Assembly: GCA_963737655.1 (NCBI GenBank) | Contig: CAVTTN010000002.1 | Location: 7,392,001-7,456,000 of the forward strand | DNA from: an uncultured Planctomycetota bacterium | GTDB lineage: Bacteria; Planctomycetota; Planctomycetia; Isosphaerales; Isosphaeraceae | Direction of reading: 5' to 3' | DNA length: 64,000 nt | Shown: piece by piece, positions 52,724 through 62,932 of the stretch | How the letters are laid out: each line of letters begins with the position of its first letter | Numbering within the stretch: the first letter of the stretch is position 1 | Notes under the pieces: generated by a model | Databases searched by the model: none | What the model saw: only the letters and a program-made list of their open reading frames with translations | What the model was told of the DNA's origin: nothing | Position numbers and translations under genes: made by a program

Positions 52724-54009
52724 GTGACTATCTCCCTCGCGCCCCCGCCCCGCGACCCCTCCCGAGGAGTTCGGGACTCGGTCCTCGTCGCCTGCCCGGA
52801 TGCCCGCCCCCCGGCGTATGAGGCGGTGGCGGGGCTGTCGCGCTCGGGCCTGCTCGGCGAGTTCGTCACGGCCTTCTACGATCGGCCCGATTCGCCGGTC
52901 TCGGCCGTGGCGCACCGGCTCGGCCCGATCGGCTCGAAGCTGTCCCGGAGGTCCCGCCCGGACATCCCGCCCGATCGCGTCCGCTCGTTCCCCGCGTTCG
53001 ACGCCTGCCTCGCCGTCGAGAACCGCTCGGGCCGAGGCTCCGCGATTCCCTGGCCCGGTGGCGCACCCGCCGGTTCGATCGGCTCGTCCGGGACGAGCTG
53101 CGGAGGACCCGGCCGAGGTCCGCCCTCCTGTTCAGCGACGTCGGCTCCGAGTTCGCCATCCCCTTCTGCCGGTCGGCCGGGATGGCGTCGGTCCTCAGCG
53201 TCGTCCACGGCGACGTCCACGAGGAGCTCGACGTCCTGGCCCGGGAGCGCGTCGCCTCGCCCGACTTCTTCCCGATCTATCTCGGAGGCGGGCCGGTCGA
53301 GGCGGCCGACCTGCGATGGCTCCACGATCGGAGGCTCCGCGAGCAGGCCGAGGCCGACGCCATCCTCGTCCCGTCGGGCCACCTGGCCGACCGCCTGGAA
53401 GCCCGGGGGATCGACCGGTCGAGGATTTCGGTCGTCCCCTATGCCGCCGATCTCGAGCGGTTCCGGCCGATCGAGGGCAAGACCCATCGCGATACCTGCA
53501 CGTTCCTGTTCGCCGGGGGGATCACCCAGAGGAAGGGGATCAAGTACCTCCTGGAAGCCTGGCGAAAGGCCCGTCGGCCGGGTTGGCGTCTGGCCCTGGT
53601 CGGCGCCTTGCCTCGCGACCCCTCGCCCCTCGAACCGTATCGCGAGGAGGTCGAGTTTCTCGGCCGGGTGGGGCACTCGGAAATGCCGGGAGTGATGGCC
53701 GGGGCCGACGTGTTCGTGTTCCCGTCGCTGTTCGAGGGTTCGGCGGTCGTGACCTATGAAGCCCTGGCCTGCGGGCTGCCCACGGTGACCACCAGGGAAG
53801 CCGGCTCGGTCGTCCGGGACGGGCAGGACGGCCGGATCGTCCCCTCGGCGGACGTCGAATCGCTCGCGACGGCCCTGGAGGCGCTCGGCCTCGATCCCGA
53901 CCTTCGCGACGCGATGTCCCGATCGGCCCGGCAACGGGCGGAACTGCATGACTGGGGGCGGTATCAGGAGGCGGTCTCGGCCGTCGTGGCCGAGGTTTCG
54001 CCCCTCTGA
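52724..54009 (+). CDS. Glycosyltransferase family 4 (frameshift near 53025)
   Basis: FLFAGGITQRKGIKYLLEAW and DVFVFPSLFEGSAVVTYEALACGLP; N-terminus lies in the frame of ORF 52676.. Confidence 0.88.
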
Positions 54010-54044
54010 CCCGGACCGGCCCGCCATCGAGAAAGGATTCTCCC

Positions 54045-55142
54045 TTGCGACGCATCCCCGAGCTCGACGGCCTCCGCGCGATCGCCTCGGTCCTGGTGAT
54101 CGCCTTCCACGCCTCGCTGACGAGCGAATCGTGCCGATCGGCCTTCCTCCTGAGGTGGGGCTGGATGGGCGTGGACCTGTTTTTCGTGGTCTCCGGCTAC
54201 CTGATCACGACGATTTTGCTGCGATCGTCGAACGAGGGCGCCTCCGGCCTGCTCTCGTTCTTCGTCCGGCGGTCTCTGAGGATCTGGCCGATCTATTACC
54301 TCGTCCTGATCGCGTTCGTGGCCGCGAATGCGTTGTTGCCGCGTCCTCAGCCGACCGCCGGCCTGACCCTGTACCTGACGTACACGCAATTCCTGCCGAG
54401 ATACTGGGGGGCCGACGGCCCGGCGTTCCCCCGGGCGTTCGCCCATACGTGGAGCCTGGCGGTTGAGGAGCAATTCTACCTGATCTGGCCGGCGTTGCTG
54501 CTGCTGATGGGCCGCAAGGCGCTCGTGCCGCTCTGCCTCGGGGCGGCGGCGGTGGCGGTGGTCTCGCGAGGCTGGTTCCATCTCGATCCGCAGCTCCTGC
54601 TGGGCCGATGCGACGGCCTGGCGATGGGAGGGCTTCTGGCCGCGGCGTTCTCGGCCCGCCCGTGGGCTGCCGGCCGGGAGGACGCCGTCCGCAAGGGCTT
54701 CGCGATGATGATCCTGGTCCCCCTGGCGTTCTTCCTCGGCTTCGCGGCCGGGACGGACGCCGAACGGGCCGAGCCGATCCGGGCGAGCGTGGAAATCCTC
54801 CTCGGAAACGTCCTGTTCGGAGGGGTCGTCGGCCTCTGCCTGCTCGACACCGGCCGGGCCCGGCTCGCCCTGTTGCGAGATCCCCGGCTGGTGGCGCTGG
54901 GCCGGATCAGCTACGGGCTTTACCTCTATCACAACCTCGTGTTCTCGGGCCTCCAGCTGCGGTTCGGGCCGACGGGCACCCCGGGCTGGGCGATCCTCGC
55001 CGGTTCGGGCCTGACCCTGGCGATGGCCGCCCTGTCGTGGAGGGCCATCGAACGGCCGATCCTGGCCTGGAGGGACCGCCAGGCCGAGCCGGGGCGGTCG
55101 CCCCGAACGGCCCGGACCGAGGTCGCGGCGTCTCGGGGTTGA
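54045..55142 (+). CDS. OafA/Acyl_transf_3 family membrane-bound O-acyltransferase
   Basis: IPELDGLRAIA, GVDLFFVVSGYLIT, RRSLRIWP.YY, HTWSLAVEEQFY, LGRISYGLYLYH and SW..IERP. Confidence 0.93.
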   Translation: MRRIPELDGLRAIASVLVIAFHASLTSESCRSAFLLRWGWMGVDLFFVVSGYLITTILLRSSNEGASGLLSFFVRRSLRIWPIYYLVLIAFVAANALLPRPQPTAGLTLYLTYTQFLPRYWGADGPAFPRAFAHTWSLAVEEQFYLIWPALLLLMGRKALVPLCLGAAAVAVVSRGWFHLDPQLLLGRCDGLAMGGLLAAAFSARPWAAGREDAVRKGFAMMILVPLAFFLGFAAGTDAERAEPIRASVEILLGNVLFGGVVGLCLLDTGRARLALLRDPRLVALGRISYGLYLYHNLVFSGLQLRFGPTGTPGWAILAGSGLTLAMAALSWRAIERPILAWRDRQAEPGRSPRTARTEVAASRG

Positions 55143-55197
55143 TGGAAATGGTTTCGGGGCGGTTGTCTCTCCTTGACGGAACGAGCGGAGGGCCGAG

Positions 55198-56535
55198 ATG
55201 GAGCTGGATCGCGTCTTCGTCTTCGCGACCGCGACGGTCATCCTCGGCCTGGTCGCCTCGAAGGTCCTTCGCAAGGGGTTCGACCCGTTCGAGCCGGTGT
55301 ACCTGTTCCTCGCCGGCTACCTCCAGCTTTACGTGGTCCAGGCGATCTCCTATCGCGAGTACGCGCTCCGGGCTCGTGGCGAGGAGGTCGTCACGGCCGC
55401 GAATTTCCGGGCGTTCTGGGCCTTGCTGGTGTTCCTCGGCGCGTATTACAGCGGGCTGGGCAAGAGGCTGGCGGCCTTCCTGCCGAAGGCGCCCCGGGGC
55501 TGGTCGCCGGGGTTCGCGGGCCTGGTCTCGCCGTTCCTGGTCCTCTGGGGCCTGGTCTGCTCGGTGATTACCCTGAGGGCCGGGACGATCGGCGTGGAGG
55601 ACGGCTACTTCGTCCAGTTCCCGATGATGATGCTGGTCGGCGGCGTGATGCTGCTGGTCACGGGGCGGCAGGAGGGGCAGTCGCGACCGCTGATGACGGC
55701 GGCCGGGGTGGCGATCACGGCCGGCTACAGCCTGATCTGGATGTTCAACGCGAAGCGGTCCCACGCGCTGTTCGGCATCCTCGCGGGCGTGAGTGCGTTC
55801 TATCTTCCTCGATACCGGCGGCCGTCGCTGCCGGTCCTGGCCGGGACGGGCCTGGCCTGCGTGATGGCCGTGGCCCTGGCCATCGGCTGGCGGGGGACCG
55901 ACCGCTACGAGCAGACGCTCTCGGGCTTCGGCCAGTACCTCTCGGAGTTCCGCCTCGCCTCGGTCCTGGAGAGCCTGAACATGGCCGATCGGTCGTGGGA
56001 GCAGTCGGCCGGGGACGAGCCGGTCAGCAAGGAGACCGAGGAGATGGGCGGGTTCCTCCTGATGATGGCGACGGTCCCCGAGAAGTCCCCCTACGACTAT
56101 GGCGCCTCGTACCTGCGGATCTTCAGCACGTTCATCCCCCGCCCCCTCTGGCCCGACAAGCCGCTGTACGGACGGGAGGAGTGGATCTCCGCGTGGAAGG
56201 CGGGCTCGGAGAGGCCCCGGGAGGACAACTTCACCGGCCCGGCCATCGGCCTCCTCGGCGCCACCCAGCTCAACGGCGGGGGGATCGCCACGGCCATCGT
56301 CCTGGCCGCCCTGGGCCTCATGGTCCGGACCGCCTACGACTATTACCGCTTCCACGCCGATTGCCCGTGGGCCCAGGTCTGGTGGTCGGTGACCTATTTC
56401 AACGCCTGGCTGATGACCGCGAACGACGATCCGTTCGTCTGGTTTTACTACGTGTACGGCTTCAGCGTCCTGCCGCCGATGGCGGCCCTGTGGATGTATT
56501 TCCGCCTGGCGACGCCCCGAGACGGCCTCGCCTGA
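55198..56535 (+). CDS. Putative Wzy-type polysaccharide polymerase
   Basis: 10 or more TMs, a large periplasmic loop and FIPRPLWPDKP motif; sits within the polysaccharide cluster. Confidence 0.72.
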   Translation: MELDRVFVFATATVILGLVASKVLRKGFDPFEPVYLFLAGYLQLYVVQAISYREYALRARGEEVVTAANFRAFWALLVFLGAYYSGLGKRLAAFLPKAPRGWSPGFAGLVSPFLVLWGLVCSVITLRAGTIGVEDGYFVQFPMMMLVGGVMLLVTGRQEGQSRPLMTAAGVAITAGYSLIWMFNAKRSHALFGILAGVSAFYLPRYRRPSLPVLAGTGLACVMAVALAIGWRGTDRYEQTLSGFGQYLSEFRLASVLESLNMADRSWEQSAGDEPVSKETEEMGGFLLMMATVPEKSPYDYGASYLRIFSTFIPRPLWPDKPLYGREEWISAWKAGSERPREDNFTGPAIGLLGATQLNGGGIATAIVLAALGLMVRTAYDYYRFHADCPWAQVWWSVTYFNAWLMTANDDPFVWFYYVYGFSVLPPMAALWMYFRLATPRDGLA

Positions 56536-56571
56536 AACGACCGCATCGACCGACCCGCCGAGGATGGACCC

Positions 56572-57774
56572 GTGAGGCTCAAGCTCGCCATCGCCTTCAC
56601 GAATTTCGGCCCGTACCACCTCGCCCGGCTCCGGGCCCTGGGGGCGCGGCTCCTCCGCGACGGGGGCTCGCTCGTGGCCCACGAGATGGCCGGCTCCGAG
56701 AGGCTCTATCCCTGGTCGGTCGCCCGTCGTCACGAGTCCTTTTCCGGCGCGACCCTGTTTCCCGATCGCGCGATCGAGGACGTCCCGGCCGCCCAGTGCC
56801 GGGCCGCGATCACAGAGGCCCTGGACCGCGACGACCCGGACGCCGTCGCCATCTGCGGGTACAGCCGGCCCGAGTCGATGGCCGCCCTGCGATGGGCCGA
56901 GCGTCGTCGTCGGCCCGCCATCCTGATGTCCGAATCGCAGGAGATCGACCATCCCCGGCTCTGGTGGAAGGAGACGCTCAAGGCGAGGCGGGTCCGGCGG
57001 TTCTCGGCGGCCCTGGTCGGCGGGCCGAGCCATCGCGAGTATCTCGCCTCGCTCGGAATTCCGGCCAAAAAGGTTGCGTTGGGGTACAACGCCGTCGATA
57101 ATGACGCCTATTTAGAGATGGTCGAGGCCCACCGGCGTTCCCCCGCCGGTCGGAGCGGTTTGCCGAACCGTCGGTACTTTCTCGCGGTCAGCCGGTTGGT
57201 CCCGGAAAAGAACCTGGTCGGCCTGGTCCGGGCCTTTGCGTCGTATCGTCGCGAGGTTGGCGAGGAAACGGCGTGGGACCTGGCGGTCTGCGGAGGGGGG
57301 CCGGGCGAGGCGGACCTGGCGGCGGCGGTTCGAGAATCGGGGGTGGACGAGGCCGTCCATCGCCCGGGGTTCCTCCAGGAATCGGAGCTTTCGCGATGGT
57401 ACGCGTACGCCTCGGGGTTCGTGCATCCGAGCCTCCTGGAGCCGTGGGGCCTGGTGGTGAACGAGGCGGCGGCGAGCGGGCTGCCCTTGCTGGTCAGCCG
57501 GAGGGCCGGGTGTGCCCGAACGCTCGTGCCGGACCCGCCCGGGACGTCGGGGACGACGTTCGACCCGACCGACGAATCGGCGATCGCCCGGGCCCTGACC
57601 TGGCTCGCGACGATGCCGGAGACCCGGAGGGCGGCCATGGGCCGGAGGGCGGCGGAGATCGCCTCCTCGTGGGGCCCGGATCGGTTTGCGGAGGGGATGA
57701 TGGAGGCCCTGGACCTCGCCAGGTCGGCGGGGTCGGGCCAACCGAAGACGGTTTCCGGAGGGTCCCGACGATGA
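56572..57774 (+). CDS. Glycosyltransferase family 4
   Basis: FLAVSRLVPEKNL and FVHPSLLEPWGLVVNEAAASGLP. Confidence 0.92.
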   Translation: MRLKLAIAFTNFGPYHLARLRALGARLLRDGGSLVAHEMAGSERLYPWSVARRHESFSGATLFPDRAIEDVPAAQCRAAITEALDRDDPDAVAICGYSRPESMAALRWAERRRRPAILMSESQEIDHPRLWWKETLKARRVRRFSAALVGGPSHREYLASLGIPAKKVALGYNAVDNDAYLEMVEAHRRSPAGRSGLPNRRYFLAVSRLVPEKNLVGLVRAFASYRREVGEETAWDLAVCGGGPGEADLAAAVRESGVDEAVHRPGFLQESELSRWYAYASGFVHPSLLEPWGLVVNEAAASGLPLLVSRRAGCARTLVPDPPGTSGTTFDPTDESAIARALTWLATMPETRRAAMGRRAAEIASSWGPDRFAEGMMEALDLARSAGSGQPKTVSGGSRR

Positions 57775-58969
57775 GCGTCCTGGCGATTCGTCCGCAATCG
57801 GCGAGGCCGTCGCGGCCCGCCTCCGGTGGCTGCGTCCACCTCTGCAACGGCCTGGACCCGATCCGCGACGGCGGGATGGTGCCGAGCATCCTGGGGATGG
57901 TCGGCGCCCTGGCCTCGCGGGGCGAGACGGTGGGGATCGTCACCCCGTCGCCGTCGAGGCTCGAGGATTCCGAGCTGCCTCCCGGAGTCGATCTGTTCGG
58001 GCCCGAGACCGACCTGGAGGCCTCGGTCCGCGAGGCCGGGGTGGTCCACCTCCACGGCCTCTGGCAGGGCCACACCCGCCGGGGCGCCCGGACCGCCCGC
58101 AAGGCCGGCGTGCCGTACCTGATCGCCGCCCACGGGATGGCCGATCCCTGGGCGATCCGCCACAAGGCCCTGAAGAAGGCCCTGTATCGTGCCGTGATCG
58201 AGGGGACCAACCTCCGACGGGCCGCCTGCCTCCACGCCCTGACCATCCCCGAGGTCGGCCACCTCCGCGCCCTGGCGCCGAAGGCCCCGGTGGCGCTAGT
58301 GCCCAACGGCGTGGACCTCTCGACCTTCGAGGCCCTCCCGCCCCGAAGCGTCCTCGAAGCCGAGTGTCCCGAACTTCGCGGCAAGACCATCCTGCTGTTC
58401 TTCTCCCGAATCCACAAGAAAAAGGGCCTGGACTTGCTGATGCCGGCCCTGGCCGGGATCGCCCGGGACCATCCCGACGCCCATCTGGTGATGGCCGGGC
58501 AGGACCAGGGGGCCCTGGGGCCGACCCTGGAGCAGGCCGACGCCCTGGGGATTCGCGACCGGGTCACCTACCTCGGCCACGTCTCGGGCGAGCGGGCCCG
58601 GGCGGTCTGGGGGGCCGCCGATGCGTTCGTCCTGCCCAGCTATTCCGAAGGGTTCAGCATGGCCGTCCTGGAGGCCCTGGCGGCGAGGAAACCGGTGCTG
58701 ATCACCTCGGCCTGCCACTTCCCCAGGCTCGCCTCGGCCTGGGGCGGGATCGTCGTCGAGCCGACCGCCGAGGACGTGGCCCTGGGCCTCCGCGACCTCT
58801 TCGAGATGGACCCCGCCGAACGCGCCGAGCTGGCCAAACGGGGCCGGGCCCTGGTCGAATCCCGATTCACCTGGGACCACGCCGCCCGGAGGCTCGCCGA
58901 GGTCTACGACTGGCTCCGGGGCGGGGGCCCCGGCCCGAGGCCGTCCGGGAAGCGGAGGAATCCCACTAG
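57771..58969 (+). CDS. Glycosyltransferase family 4 (frameshift near 58930 just before the true stop)
   Basis: VHLHGLW, HGM.DPW, FSRIHKKKGLDLL and FVLPSYSEGFSMAVLEALA; the C-terminus PRPEAVREAEESH* is in the shifted frame. Confidence 0.9.
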
Positions 58970-58992
58970 GGCTCCGGCTCTCCTGCCTCGTC

Positions 58993-59228
58993 GGGTGGCA
59001 TGCTTACGTCTTCGTCAGCATGAGTTTGGTTCGAGCGTGACCGAGGACATGCTGACGAGGATGTCACGCGACACGAAGTTATACCCCCTGAATTGTTCGA
59101 CAATTTCAAGGGCCTTCGGACGCAACCGACGATCTTTCAAGCGTTTATACGAAGAAACGCCTGAAAATACAATCGCGGCGCGGGGGTATAACTTCGTGTC
59201 GCGTGACAAGGACGTAAGCATGCCACCC
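58993..59228. repeat. Family-D palindrome (GGGTGGCATG...CATGCCACCC; 30-bp arms) interrupted by a MITE
   Basis: Left arm 58993-59022 GGGTGGCATGCTTACGTCTTCGTCAGCATG. The right arm is split into 59048-59061 and 59213-59228 and rejoins as a 29/30 reverse complement. Confidence 0.88.
59062..59208. mobile_element. 147-bp non-autonomous MITE with 27-bp perfect TIRs and 4-bp AGGA target-site duplication
   Basis: TGTCACGCGACACGAAGTTATACCCCC (59062-59088) and its exact reverse complement (59182-59208); AGGA at 59058-59061 and 59209-59212; interior is AT-richer and has no ORF of note. Confidence 0.9.
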
Positions 59229-59314
59229 AATCCTCTCTTCCGCACGTCTGGAGGGGAAGTCGGACGCTCAGGACGGAGACCTCCGTTCAACATTTTTCGA
59301 TGGAGCCGTCAAGG

Positions 59315-60265
59315 ATGACCACCCTCGCCGCCTCGCCGACCTCGACATCGACCTCCGCCTCCTCGACCCGGCGCGCCCCGATCAGCGTGCTGATCCCCGC
59401 GAAGAACGAGGCCGAGAACCTCCGCCGATGCCTTCCCGCCCTGTCGTGGGCCGACGAGGTGTTCGTCGTCGATAGCGGCAGCACCGACGACACGGCGGCC
59501 GTCGCCGAGTCGTTCGGCGCGAAGGTCGTCCCGTTCCGCTTCAACGGGGTCTATCCCAAGAAGAAGAACTGGGCGCTCGATCATCTCCCGTTCGCGAACG
59601 AATGGGTGCTGATCGTCGACGCCGACGAGGTCGTCCCGCCCGAGCTGGCCGAGGAGATCGCCCGGCGGACCGCGTCGGGCGAGGCGGACGGCTTCTATCT
59701 GAACATGAAATACTACTTCCTCGGCCGGCGGATCCGGCATTGCGGCTACTCCGAGGCGTGGAACCTCCGCCTCTTCCGCCACCGGCTGGGCCGGTACGAA
59801 AAAATGCCCGTGACGCCCGGCTCCCGGACCGGCGACAACGAGGCTCACGAACACGTGATCCTCGACGGCACCGTCAAGCGATTGGCCCACGAGCTCGACC
59901 ACTTCGCCTATCCGTCGCTGTCGGTCTGGGTCGAGAAGCACGACCGCTACGCCTCGTGGGAGGCGGAGATGTACGAACGGTTCCTCCGCGAGCCGGCGCC
60001 GGCCGGGATCGGCCGGGGGAAGCGGTTCAAGCGGGGATTGAAACGGGTCTATTTACGCCTGCCGATGCGGCCGCTTGTTCGGTTTATTTATGCGTACATC
60101 TTCCGGCTCGGGTTCCTGGACGGGATGCCGGGCCTGGCGTTCTGCACGCTCCTGGGATTCTATGATTTCCTGTGCTGGGCGAAGGTCTATGAGAGGCGCC
60201 TGGCGGGGTCGGGCCGGAGCCTCGGCCGGACGGCCGGGCAATCGGAGGCCAGCGCGTTGCGGTAG
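59315..60265 (+). CDS. Glycosyltransferase family 2
   Basis: ISVLIPAKNEA, VVDSGSTDDT, KKKNWAL, WVLIVDADE (DxD) and GFLDG.PG. Confidence 0.93.
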   Translation: MTTLAASPTSTSTSASSTRRAPISVLIPAKNEAENLRRCLPALSWADEVFVVDSGSTDDTAAVAESFGAKVVPFRFNGVYPKKKNWALDHLPFANEWVLIVDADEVVPPELAEEIARRTASGEADGFYLNMKYYFLGRRIRHCGYSEAWNLRLFRHRLGRYEKMPVTPGSRTGDNEAHEHVILDGTVKRLAHELDHFAYPSLSVWVEKHDRYASWEAEMYERFLREPAPAGIGRGKRFKRGLKRVYLRLPMRPLVRFIYAYIFRLGFLDGMPGLAFCTLLGFYDFLCWAKVYERRLAGSGRSLGRTAGQSEASALR

Positions 60266-61257
60266 AGCTCGGCCAGGGCGGCGGCCTCGGCCCGGGGCGA
60301 GAAGTCGCGATCGATCCGCCCTCGGCCGCGGGCGCCCAGGCCGAGCGCGGCGTCCGGGTCGGCCAGGAGTTCCCGGATCGCCAGGGCGAGCGCCTCGGGG
60401 TCTCCGGGAGGGACGAGCCGGCCTTCCTCGCCGGTCGTGAACCAGTCGCGGAGGCCGGGGACGTCCGAGGCGATGGTGGGGACGCCTTGGGCCATCGCCC
60501 GGCCGACGCTCCGGCCCGAGGCGGGGATTCGCGACGGGTGGCAGAACACGTCCAGGACGCCCCAGACGATCCGGGAGGCGTCCGGGCCCTCGGCGAAGGT
60601 CATCCGGTCGGCCAGCCCGAGCCCTTCGGCCAGCCTCCGGGGGCCGGCGCCCCCTCCCCGGACGGCCAAAACGAACTCGGCGTCGATCCCCGAGTCGCGG
60701 ATCGCCCGGGCGGCCTGGAGGAACGTCGCCAGGCCCGAGCCCGGGCCGGGGCCGCAGTCGGCGCCGATCACCGGGACGGTCAGCCTCGACCTCGCCGGAG
60801 AGTCCTCGGGGGACCGGGCGATCCCCGGGGGGATCGTCGCCACGGCCCTCGCCGGCAGGCCCAGGGAGCGAATCAAGTCCTCCGCCAATGCCGGGCCGGG
60901 GGCGATCACCCCCCGGCACAGGGCCCGGCCCAGGCGGAGGCTCGCCCCGGGGGGGAGGAACTCCTCGACCGTGACCACATAGGGCACCCCCCAGCGGTCG
61001 GACAGCTCCAGGGCCGTCTCCGCCGAGGCGATCCCCAGGGCATGAAGGAGCCCGGGCCTCTCGGCCTCCCGGAGGGCGAACCGGCGGGCGGTCCAGGCCC
61101 GGCCCCACCGACCGCCGAACGGCGGGTCGGGCACGACGATCGCTCGCGCCACGATCCCGCGATCGGCGAGCAACCCGGCCAGGATCGCCGTCGAGCCCGG
61201 CTCGTCCCCTTCCAGCGCGCCCGGGACCAGGCCGACGGTGCCGCTCGTCTCCGCCAT
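60187..61257 (-). CDS. Divergent glycosyltransferase family 4 protein
   Basis: DVFCHPS...GRAMAQGVPTIASDVPGL and GRLVPPGDPEALALAI; its 3' end overlaps the convergent GT2 by 79 bp. Confidence 0.75.
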   Translation of the reverse strand: MAETSGTVGLVPGALEGDEPGSTAILAGLLADRGIVARAIVVPDPPFGGRWGRAWTARRFALREAERPGLLHALGIASAETALELSDRWGVPYVVTVEEFLPPGASLRLGRALCRGVIAPGPALAEDLIRSLGLPARAVATIPPGIARSPEDSPARSRLTVPVIGADCGPGPGSGLATFLQAARAIRDSGIDAEFVLAVRGGGAGPRRLAEGLGLADRMTFAEGPDASRIVWGVLDVFCHPSRIPASGRSVGRAMAQGVPTIASDVPGLRDWFTTGEEGRLVPPGDPEALALAIRELLADPDAALGLGARGRGRIDRDFSPRAEAAALAELYRNALASDCPAVRPRLRPDPARRLS

Positions 61258-61504
61258 GACGGGCCCTCCTCGGCCGACCGTTCCTAACAGATCGGGACCG
61301 ATCGGGACAGGGGAATTCGCCGAGGCCGCGACCTCCGGACCGCCGGATAACCGGCCCGGCGATTCCTCGGACCGGAGGGGGTCCGCCCTATGGGAGGCCC
61401 GACCCTCGGGCTATACTCGAACCGCTTCGGCTCCGCGCCGTCGGCGGCGTCCTTTCGGCTCGGGAGCCCCGTCCCCCATCGAATCCGGTGCCCAAGGGTC
61501 GCGC

Positions 61505-62479
61505 ATGAATCTTTCCCAGACGGCCGAGCTCCCTCCGTCCCCGACGGCCACGCGAGACGCGTTGAATCGTCTCCTCCAGAATATCGGGACGGTCGTCCTG
61601 GGGAAGCCCGACGTGATCCGCCTGGCCGTCGTCGCCCTGCTGGCCGAGGGTCATCTCCTGATCGAGGACGTCCCCGGGGTAGGCAAGACCTTGCTGGCCC
61701 GCGCGATCGCCGCGAGCATCGATTGCACCTTCCGCCGCCTCCAGTTCACGCCCGACCTGCTGCCGTCGGACATCCTCGGCTCCAGCGTCTACAATACCGC
61801 CACCGGCGAGTTCGTGTACAAGAAGGGCCCGATCTTCGCCAACGTGATCCTCGCCGACGAGATCAACCGGACCACCCCGAGGACCCAGAGCGCCCTGCTC
61901 GAAGCCATGAGCGACGGCCAGGTCTCCGTCGAGGGGAAGACCCACGTCCTGGAGCCGCCGTTCCTGGTCCTGGCCACGCAGAACCCCTACGAATTCGAGG
62001 GGACTTACGTCCTCCCCGAGAGCCAGCTCGACCGCTTCATGATCCGCATCCGCATGGGCTACCCGATGCGATCCGAGGAGCGAGACATCCTCACCAGCCA
62101 CCGCCGGGGGGAGCCGGTCGAGCACCTCAGCCCGGTCCTGACCTCCCAGGAAGTGCTCGACCTGCAACGGGCGGTCCGCGCCGTGAGGGTCGAGGACGCG
62201 ATCGCCGATTACCTGCTCGACCTGGTCCACGCCACCCGGGACAGCGAGGAATTGCACGTCGGCGTGAGCACCCGAGGCGCCCTGACGCTCTATCGGGCCG
62301 CGCAGAGCCTGGCCCTGGTCTCCGGCCGCGATTACGTAGTGCCCGACGACGTGAAATCGCTGGCCGTGCCGGTCCTGGCCCACCGGGTCGTGGGCAAATC
62401 GTTCCTCCAGGCCGGAGAATTCGGCGCCTCCGAGGCGATCATCCGCGACCTGGCCGACCGCCTGCGAGTGCCGGCGTGA
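61505..62479 (+). CDS. moxR: MoxR-family AAA+ ATPase
   Basis: GHLLIEDVPGVGKT, RLQFTPDLLPSDI, LADEINRTTPRTQSALLEAM and ATQNPYEFEGTY.LPESQLDRF. Confidence 0.95.
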   Translation: MNLSQTAELPPSPTATRDALNRLLQNIGTVVLGKPDVIRLAVVALLAEGHLLIEDVPGVGKTLLARAIAASIDCTFRRLQFTPDLLPSDILGSSVYNTATGEFVYKKGPIFANVILADEINRTTPRTQSALLEAMSDGQVSVEGKTHVLEPPFLVLATQNPYEFEGTYVLPESQLDRFMIRIRMGYPMRSEERDILTSHRRGEPVEHLSPVLTSQEVLDLQRAVRAVRVEDAIADYLLDLVHATRDSEELHVGVSTRGALTLYRAAQSLALVSGRDYVVPDDVKSLAVPVLAHRVVGKSFLQAGEFGASEAIIRDLADRLRVPA

Positions 62480-62522
62480 GGATCATGTACCGACGCGGAC
62501 CCAGGGTGACGAGGAGGGCGAG

Positions 62523-62786
62523 ATGCCGGCGGAAACCACCTATGTCCACGCTCTGGAGCATCTCGCGGACCTTTGCGACGAGGTCGCATCGACCCGCGAA
62601 CCCATCGTGATCCACCGTCCCGGAGCCGAGGACGTCGCCCTGGTCGCGGCCTCGGAGCTTCGCGGCCTGATGGAGACGGCCTACCTGTTGCGCTCGCCCC
62701 GGAACGCCCAACGGCTCCTGAACGCCCTGGACCGCGCGAAGGGCGAAGACCTTCGGCGGGAATTCGATCTCGATCCGGCCCCTTGA
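62523..62786 (+). CDS. Phd/YefM family antitoxin
   Basis: L.DLCDEV....EPIVIHR.G.EDVALV...EL.GLMETAYLLRSPRNAQRL..AL; AGGAGG RBS. Confidence 0.88.
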   Translation: MPAETTYVHALEHLADLCDEVASTREPIVIHRPGAEDVALVAASELRGLMETAYLLRSPRNAQRLLNALDRAKGEDLRREFDLDPAP

Positions 62787-62932
62787 TCCGAAGAACGAAC
62801 CCCGGCCGCCTCGGGAGGCGTTCTTCCCCGCCGAGTTTCGCGAGGACCTTCGCTTCTGGACCCGGACCGACCGGGAGGTGTGGCACTCCGAATGAATTGC
62901 CCCCGGGAGACGACGACGATGTCCGAGGATGA
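62783..62932 (+). pseudogene. Remnant of a Txe/YoeB-type toxin N-terminus, apparently fused to the extreme C-terminus of a second (PIN-like) toxin gene
   Basis: REAFFPAEFREDLRFWTRTDREV ends at TGA 62893-62895; another frame gives TPNELPPGDDDDVRG* overlapping the next start. Confidence 0.6.

Noticed and set aside
57273..59318. 681-aa glycosyltransferase extending through the MITE
   Set aside because: The extension arises from a frameshift near 58930 and an upstream alternate-frame start; the true gene is about 57771-58969.
60187..60265. 79-bp convergent overlap of the GT2 and GT4 3' ends
   Set aside because: Short tail overlaps of non-conserved C-termini are common in GC-rich genomes; there is no evidence of function.
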